From the human T2T-CHM13v2.0 reference genome, Homo sapiens, in assembly GCF_009914755.1 (NCBI RefSeq), contig NC_060948.1: 64,000 bases of DNA; one strand, 5' to 3'. The position numbers and the translations under genes were made by a program. The notes under the pieces are model-generated. The model made no database searches. It worked only from the letters and a program-made list of their open reading frames with translations, and was not told the origin of the DNA. Each line of letters opens with the position of its first letter. The first letter of the stretch is position 1. Shown one piece after another: positions 55,201 to 64,000 of this stretch.

Positions 55201-58200
55201 AGAGACTGGAATGGAATGCACTGGAATGGAAGGGAGTGTAATGGAAGGTTCTCGAAAAAAATGGAATCGAATGGAATGGAATTGAATGGAACGGAATAGA
55301 GTCAAATGGAATTGAATGGAATGGAATGGACTAGAGTGAAATGGAATCGAACCACAAGGAATGGACAGGAATAGAATGGTCTCGAATTGAATGGAATCGT
55401 ATGGAATGGCATCAAACGGAATGGAATGGACAGCCACGGAATGGAATGCACTCGAATGCAATGGAGTCGAAACTAATGGACTGGAATAGAATGGATTCGA
55501 CTGGTACGGACTCCAATGGAATGGAATCGAATGGAAGGGAATCGAACGGAATGGACTCGAAGGGAAAAGACTGCAATGGAAAGGTCTCGAATGGAATGGA
55601 AATTAATGGAATGGAATGGAATCGAATGAAATGGAGTCAAAAGTAATGGAATCGAATGGCAAGAAATCGAATGTAATGGAATCGCAAGGAATTGATGTGA
55701 ACGGAACGGAATGGAATGGAATCCAAAGGAATGGAATAGAATGGAATGGAATCGAATGGAAAGGACTCGAATGGAAATCACTCGAATAGAATGCAATTTA
55801 ATAAAATAGGATCAAATGTAATGGAATGGAATGGAAAGGAATCGAAACGAAAGGAATGGAGACAGATGGAATGGAATAGAACAGAGAGCAATGGTATAGA
55901 ATGGAAAGGAATCATCTGGAATGGAATTGAATGGAATGGAATAATATGAAATGGAATGGAATGGAATGGAATGGAATGGAATGCCCTTGAATTAAATGGA
56001 CTGGAATGGAATGGACTCGAACAGAGTGGAATGGAAAGTGTTGAGATAGAATGGAATGGACTCGTTTGGAATGGTCTAGTATGCAATGCAATCGACTGGC
56101 AGGGAATCAAAAGGAATGTAATCGAATGGATTGGACTGGAATGCAATGGACTCGAATAGATTGCAAACGGAATGCAAAGGAATGGAATGGAATAGTATGG
56201 AATGGAATGGAAAGGAATGGAGTGGAATAGACTAGACTGGAATGGAATGGACTGGAAAGCAATGGACTGGAATGGAACTTTCTTGAATGGACTGGAATCA
56301 AACGGAATGGAATGCAATGCAATCAAATGGCATGGAATAAAATAGAATGAAAGAGAATCAAATGGAATTGAATCGAATGGAATCGAATGGATTGGAAAGG
56401 AATAGAATGGAATGGAATGGAATGGACTAGAATGGAATGGATTCGAATGGAAGGCAAAGGAATGGAATCTATTGGAATGGACTGTAATGGAATGGAATGG
56501 AAGGGATTGGAATGGACTCGAATGGAATGGACTGCAATAGAAAGGATTCGAATGGAATGAAAAAGAATTGAATGGAATAGAACAGAATGGAATCAAATCG
56601 AATGAAATGGAATGGAATAGAAAGGAATGGAATGAAATGGAATGGAAAGGATTCGAATGGAATGCAATCGAATGGAATGGAATCGAACGGAATGGAATAA
56701 AATGGAAGAAAACTGGCAAGAAATGGAATCGAAATGAATGGAGTGTTATGGAACGGACTCAAAAGGAATTGAATGTAATAGAATGGAGTGGAGTGGACTC
56801 GAATATAATGGACTGGAATGGAATGAAATCACATGGAATGGGAACGAATGGAATGGAATGGAAAGGAATGGAATCGAATGGAAAGGAATCGAATGGAAGG
56901 GAATGAAATTGAATCAACAGGAATGGAAGGGAATAGAATAGACGGTAATGGAATGGAATCGAATAGAATGGACACGAATGCTCAAATGGAATGGACTCGA
57001 ATGGAATGGAAACGAAAGGAATGTCATTGAATGGAATTGAATCGATTGGAATGAAATCGCATAGAATGGAGTGGAATCAAATGGAATTGAATCGAAAGGA
57101 AAGGAAGCGAATGGACTGAAATGAAATGGAATGGAATTGAATGGAAAGTAATGCAATGGAATAGAATGGAACGAAATTTCACGGAATGGAATCAAACTGA
57201 ATGGAATCAAATCAATGGAATCCAATCAAATGGAATGGAGTAGATTGGATTGGATGGGATTGGAATGAAATGTACTGGAAAGGGCTCGAATTTCATGAAA
57301 CGGAATGGAATGAATTGGAACGGAATGGACTCGAATGGAATGGAATGTCATAGAATGGCATCAAATGGAATGGCATCAAATGGAATGGAATCGAATGCAA
57401 TGGAATGCTATGGAATGGAATGGAATGCATTGGAATGGAATGTCCTCTAATGGAATGGATTCGAGTGGAATGGAATCGAATATAATGGAGTCGAATGAAA
57501 TGGAATTGAAAGGAATGGGATCGAATACAATGGAATATACTGGAATGTAATGTAATGAACTCGAATGTAATTGACTGGAATGGAATGTACATGAATGGAA
57601 TGTAATCGAATGGAAAGTAATCCAATGGAATAGAATCTAATGCAATAAAATCGACTCAGATAGAGTAGAATGTAATGGAATGGAGTGCAGTGCAATGGAA
57701 TGGAATGGAATGGAATGCAATGGAATGGAATGGAATGGAATGGAATGGAATGGAATGGAATGGAATGGAATGGAATGGAATGGGATGGAATGGTATGGAA
57801 TGGATGGTAATGGACTGGAGTGAAATGGACTGGAAAGGAATGGACTCAAATTGAAAGGGCTGGAAAGGAATGGAGTCAAATGGAATGGTCTGGAATGGAA
57901 TGAACACGAAAGTAATGCAATCCAATAGAATGGAATCGAATGGCATGGAATATAATGAAATGGAATCGAAGAGAATGGAAACAAATGGAATGGAATTGAA
58001 TGGAATGGAATTGAATGGAATGGGAACGAATGGAGTGAAATTGTATGCAGTAGAAGGGAATAGAATGGAATGCAAGCGAAAGGAAAGGAATGGATTGGAA
58101 AGGAATGGAATTCATTGGAATGGAAGGGAATGTAGTGTAATGGACAGGCCTGGAATAAAGTGGAATGCTACGGTCTCGAATGGAATAAAAATGTATGGAA

Positions 58201-59400
58201 TGGAATGCAATGAAACGGAATCGAATGTCATAGAATGTAATGGAATGCAAAAAACTGGAATCCAAAATCATTGACTGGAAAGGCTGGGTGTCGAAAGGAA
58301 TTGACTCCAATGGAATGGAATCGAATGGAATGGAAGTGAATAGAATCGAACTAAATCGAATGGAATGGAATTGATAGGAACGGAATGGAAAGGAATGCAA
58401 TGATTTGGCACGGAATGGAATCGAATGGCATCGAACGGAATGGAATGGAATGCAATTGAATGGAACGTATTAGAATGTAATGAACTTTAATGGAATGTAC
58501 TCGAATGGATTCGACTGTAATGGAATGTTGTGGAAGTGAATGGACTCCAATGGAATGGATTCAAAAGGAATGGAATCGTACGGAATGGAATCTAATGGAA
58601 TGGAATTAAATGGAAATGAATCAAATTGAATAGCATGGAATTGAATTGAATGGAATCGAATGCAATGGAATCTAATGAAACGGAAAGGAAAGGAATGGAA
58701 TGGAATGGAATGGGCTGGAATGGAAAGGAATCGAAACGAATGGAATGGAATCGAACTGAAGAGACTGGAATGGAATGCACTGGAATGGAAGGGAGTGTAA
58801 TGGAAGGTTCTCGAAAAAAATGGAATCGAATGGAATGGAATTGAATGGAACGGAATAGAGTCAAATGGAATTGAATGGAATGGAATGGACTAGAGTGAAA
58901 TGGAATCGAACCACAAGGAATGGACAGGAATAGAATGGTCTCGAATTGAATGGAATCGTATGGAATGGCATCAAACGGAATGGAATGGACAGCCACGGAA
59001 TGGAATGCACTCGAATGCAATGGAGTCGAAACTAATGGACTGGAATAGAATGGATTCGACTGGTACGGACTCCAATGGAATGGAATCGAATGGAAGGGAA
59101 TCGAACGGAATGGACTCGAAGGGAAAAGACTGCAATGGAAAGGTCTCGAATGGAATGGAAATTAATGGAATGGAATGGAATCGAATGAAATGGAGTCAAA
59201 AGTAATGGAATCGAATGGCAAGAAATCGAATGTAATGGAATCGCAAGGAATTGATGTGAACGGAACGGAATGGAATGGAATCCAAAGGAATGGAATAGAA
59301 TGGAATGGAATCGAATGGAAAGGACTCGAATGGAAATCACTCGAATAGAATGCAATTTAATAAAATAGGATCAAATGTAATGGAATGGAATGGAAAGGAA
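52300..59400 (+). repeat. Recent tandem duplication of one variant unit (3554/3559 bp); boundaries approximate
   Basis: Shared private 15 bp deletions (~52865/56420 and ~53680/57235) and shared SNVs gttgtggaag (54971/58530), aaagtaatgg (~55643/59202) and aaaaactgga (~54691/58250). Confidence 0.85.
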
Positions 59401-62400
59401 TCGAAACGAAAGGAATGGAGACAGATGGAATGGAATGGAACAGAGAGCAATGGTATAGAATGGAATGGAATCATCAGGAATGGAATTGAATGGAATGGAA
59501 TAATATGAAATGGAATGGAATGGAATGCCCTTGAATTAAATGGACTGGAATGGAATGGACTCGAACAGAGTGGAATGGAAAGTGTTGAGATAGAATGGAA
59601 TGGACTCGTTTGGAATGGTCTAGTATGCAATGCAATCGACTGGCAGGGAATCAAAAGGAATGTAATGGAATGGATTGGACTGGAATGCAATGGACTCGAA
59701 TAGATTGGAAACGGAATGCAAAGGAATGGAATGGAATAGTATGGAATGGAATGGAAAGGAATGGAGTGGAATAGACTAGAGTGGAATGGAATGGACTGGA
59801 AAGCAATAGACTGGAATGGAACTTTCTTGAATGGACTGGAATCAAACGGAATGGAATGCAATGCAATCAAATGGCATGGAATAAAATAGAATGAAAGAGA
59901 ATCAAATGGAATTGAATCGAATGGAATCGAATGGATTGGAAAGGAATAGAATGGAATGGAATGGAATTGACTCAAATGGAATGGACTAGAATGGAATGGA
60001 TTCGAATGGAAGGCAAAGGAATGGAATCTATTGGAATGGACTGGAATGGAATGGAAGGGATTGGAATGGACTCGAATGGAATGGACTGCAATAGAAAGGA
60101 TTCGAATGGAATGAAAAAGAATTGAATGGAATAGAACAGAATGGAATCAAATCGAATGAAATGGAATGGAATAGAAAGGAATGGAATGAAATGGAATGGA
60201 AAGGATTCGAATGGAATGCAATCGAATGGAATGGAATCGAACGGAATGGAATAAAATGGAAGAAAACTGGCAAGAAATGGAATCGAAATGAATGGAGTGT
60301 TATGGAACGGACTCAAAAGGAATTGAATGTAATAGAATGGAGTGGAGTGGACTCGAATATAATGGACTGGAATGGAATGAAATCACATGGAATGGGAACG
60401 AATGGAATGGAATGGAAAGGAATGGAATCGAATGGAAAGGAATCGAATGGAAGGGAATGAAATTGAATCAACAGGAATGGAAGGGAATAGAATAGACGGT
60501 AATGGAATGGACTCGAATTGAATGGACACGAATGCTCAAATTGAATGGACAAGAATGGAATGGAAACGAAAGGAATGTCATCGAATGGAATTGAATCGAT
60601 TGGAATGAAATCGCATAGAATGGAGTGGAATCAAATGGAATTGAATCGAAAGGAAAGGAAGCGAATGGACTGAAATGAAATGGAATGGAATTGAATGGAA
60701 AGTAATGCAATGGAATAGAATGGAACGAAATTTCACGGAATGGAATCAAACTGAATGGAATCAAATCAATGGAATCTAATCAAATGGAATGGAAAGGAAT
60801 TGAATGGAGTAGATTGGATTGGATGGGATTGGAATGAAATGTACTGGAAAGGACTCGAATTTCATGAAACGGAATGGAATGAATTGGAACGGAATGGACT
60901 CGAATGGAATGGAATGTCATGGAATGGCATCAAATGGAATGGCATCAAATGGAATGGAATCGAATGCAATGGAATGCTATGGAATGGAATGGAATGCATT
61001 GGAATGGAATGTCCTCTAATGGAATGGATTCGAGTGGAATGGAATCGAATATAATGGAGTCGAATGAAATGGAATTGAAAAGAATGGGATCGAATACAAT
61101 GGAATATACTGGAATGTAATGTAATGAACTCGAATGTAATTGACTGGAATGGAATGTACATGAATGGAATGTAATCGAATGGAAAGTAATCCAATGGAAT
61201 AGAAACTAATGCAATAAAATCGACTCAAATAGAGTAGAATGTAATGGAATGGAGTGCAGTGCAATGGAATGGAATGGAATGGAATGGAATGCAATGGAAT
61301 GGAATGGAATGGAATGGAATGGGATGGAATGGTGTGGAATGGATAGTAATGGACTGGAGTGAAATGGACTGGAAAGGAATGGACTCAAATTGAAAGGGCT
61401 CGAAAGGAATGGAGTCAAATGGAATGGTCTGGATTGGAATGAACACGAATGTAATGCAATCCAATAGAATGGAATCGAATGGCATGGAATATAAAGAAAT
61501 GGAATCGAAGAGAATGGAAACAAATGGAATGGAATTGAATGGAATGGAATTGAATGGAATGGGAACGAATGGAGTGAAATTGTATGCAGTAGAAGAGAAT
61601 AGAATGGAATGCAAGCGAAAGGAAAGGAATGGATTGGAATGGAATGGAATTCATTGGAATGGAAGGGAATGTAGTGTAATGGACAGGCCTGGAATAAAGT
61701 GGAATGCTACGGTCTCGAATGGAATAAAAATGTATGGAATGGAATGCAATGAAACGGAATCGAATGTCATAAAATGTAATGGAATGCAAAAAAATGGAAT
61801 CCAAAATCATTGACTGGAAAGGCTGGGTGTCGAAAGGAATTGACTCCAATGGAATGGAATCGAATGGAATGGAAGAGAATAGAATCGAACTAAATCGAAT
61901 GGAATGGAATTGATAGGAACGGAATGGAAAGGAATGCAATCATTTGGCATGGAATGGAATCGAATGGCATCGAATGGAATGGAATGGAATGCAATGGAAT
62001 GGAATGTATTAGAATGTAATGAACTTTAATGGAATGTACTCGAATGGAATCGACTGGAATGGAATGTTCTGGAAGTGAATGGACTCCAATGGAATGGATT
62101 CAAAAGGAATGGAATCGTACGGAATGGAATCTAATGGAATGGAATTAAATGGAAATGAATCAAACTGAATAGAACGGAATTGAATTGAATGGAATCGAAT
62201 GCAATGGAATCTAATGAAACGGAAAGGAAAGGAATGGAATGGAATGGAATGGGCTGGAATGGAAAGGAATCGAAACGAATGGAATGGAATCGAACTGAAG
62301 AGACTGGAATGGAATGCACTGGATGGAAGGGAGTGTAATGGAAGGTTCTCGAAAAAAATGGAATCGAATGGAATGGAATTGAATGGAACGGAATAGAGTC

Positions 62401-64000
62401 GAATGGAATTGAATGGAATGGAATGGACTAGAGTGAAATGGAATCGAACCACAAGGAATGGACAGGAATAGAACGGTCTCGAATTGAATGGAATCGTATG
62501 GAATGGCATCAAACGGAATGGAATGGACAGCCACGGAATGGAATGCACTCGAATGCAATGGAGTCGAAACTAATGGACTGGAATAGAATGGACTCGACTG
62601 GTACGGACTCCAATGGAATGGAATCGAATGGAAGGGAATCGAACGGAATGGACTCGAAGGGAAAAGACTGCAATGGAAAGGTCTCGAATGGAATGGAAAT
62701 TAATGGAATGGAATGGAATCGAATGAAATGGAGTCAAAAGGAATGGAATCGAATGGCAAGAAAACGAATGTAATGGAATCGCAAGGAATTGATGTGAACG
62801 GAACGGAATGGAATGGAATCCAAAGGAATGGAATAGAATGGAATGGAATCGAATGGAAAGGACTCGAATGGAAATCACTCGAATAGAATGCAATTTAATA
62901 AAATAGGACCAAATGTAATGGAATGGAATGGAAAGGAATCGAAACGAAAGGAATGGAGACAGATGGAATGGAATGGAACAGAGAGCAATGGTATAGAATG
63001 GAATGGAATCATCTGGAATGGAATTGAATGGAATGGAATAACATGAAATGGACTGGAATGGAATGGAATGCCCTTGAATTAAATGGACTGGAATGGAATG
63101 GACTCGAACAGAGTGGAATGGAAAGTGTTGAAATAGAATGGAATGGACTGGTTTGGAATGGTCTAGTATGCAATGCAATCGACTGGCAGGGAATCAAAAG
63201 GAATGTAATCGAATGGATTGGACTGGAATGCAATGGACTCGAATAGATTGGAAACGGAATGCAAAGGAATGGAATGGAATAGTATGGAATGGAATGGAAA
63301 GGAATGGAGTGGAATAGACTAGAGTGGAATGGAATGGACTCGAAAGCAATGGACTGGAATGGAACTTTCTTGAATGGACTGGAATCAAACGGAATGGAAT
63401 GCAATGCAATCAAATGGCATGGAATAAAATAGAATGAAAGAGAATCAAATGGAATTGAATCGAATGGAATCGAATGGATTGGAAAGGAATAGAATGGAAT
63501 GGAATGGAATTGACTCAAATGGAATGGACTAGAATGGAATGGATTCGAATGGAAGGCAAAGGAATGGAATCTATTGGAATGGACTGTAATGGAATGCAAT
63601 GGAAGGGATTGGAATGGACTCGAATGGAATGGACTGCAATAGAAAGGATTCGAATGGAATGAAAAAGAATTGAATGGAATAGAACAGAATGGAATCAAAT
63701 CGAATGAAATGGAATGGAATAGAAAGGAATGGAATGAAATGGAATGGAAAGGATTCGAATGGAATGCAATCGAATGGAATGTAATCGAACGCAATGGAAT
63801 AAAATGGAAGAAAACTGGCAAGAAATGGAATCGAAATGAATGGAGTGTTATGGAACGGACTCAAAAGGAATTGAATGTAATAGAATGGAGTGGAGTGGAC
63901 TCGAATATAATGGACTGGAATGGAATGAAATCACATGGAATGGGAACGAATGGAATGGAATGGAAAGGAATGGAATCGAATGGAAAGGAATCGAATGGAA

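Larger units (their letters stand above)
1..64000 (+). repeat. DYZ1: Human satellite III (HSat3) array, DYZ1-type ~3.56 kb unit (Yq12 heterochromatin); GGAAT strand on +
   Basis: Seen: continuous diverged GGAAT pentamers. The unique landmark gacaGGCCtgg recurs with GGCC at 2014, 5568, 9137, 11198, 14787, 16848, 20427, 22488, 26077, 29641, 33205, 36769, 40327, 43911, 47455, 51034, 54588, 58147 and 61686, with an EcoRI GAATTC 39 bp upstream in most units. Known: the classical DYZ1 unit is a 3564 bp TTCCA-pentamer repeat cut once by HaeIII/EcoRI, and three intervals here are exactly 3564 bp. The assignment to Y is inferred from this match, not from a database search. Confidence 0.93.

Noticed and set aside
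254-63864. Hundreds of ORFs of 60-313 aa (MEWNG-rich on +, HSIPF-rich on -)
   Set aside because: These are direct translations of (GGAAT)n/(ATTCC)n, which has no stop codon in pure form. They overlap in all frames, have no recognisable domain, and their ends shift with single SNVs.
1-64000. CRISPR-like or prokaryotic repeat system
   Set aside because: There are no unique spacers and no cas or other genes. The sequence is wholly eukaryotic satellite.
1-64000. HSat2, alpha satellite, DYZ2/HSat1B, Alu or L1 insertion, or an array boundary
   Set aside because: There is no CATTCGATTC-dominated HSat2 pattern, no 171 bp monomer and no AT-rich or Alu segment. Every stretch read maps to the 3.56 kb unit.

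Overview
The whole 64 kb window is one uninterrupted, single-orientation array of human satellite III. It consists of diverged (GGAAT)n pentamers organised into a ~3.56 kb unit with one HaeIII/StuI site (AGGCCT) and usually one EcoRI site per unit. This matches DYZ1 (HSat3) of Yq12 heterochromatin. I see no protein-coding gene, RNA gene, transposon or CRISPR array, and all listed ORFs are translations of the pentamer. The informative signal is structural. The 19 GGCC landmarks give unit lengths of 3554, 3569, 2061, 3589, 2061, 3579, 2061, 3589, 3564, 3564, 3564, 3558, 3584, 3544, 3579, 3554, 3559 and 3539 bp. A ~1.5 kb-deleted unit was amplified with a full unit as a ~5.65 kb higher-order repeat (3 copies). 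It is followed by a near-identical 3564 bp triplication and a later unit duplication. Almost every unit also carries three perfect nGAAnnTTCnnGAAn heat-shock elements, all retained in the deleted unit. Coordinates were counted by eye and may be off by a few bases.
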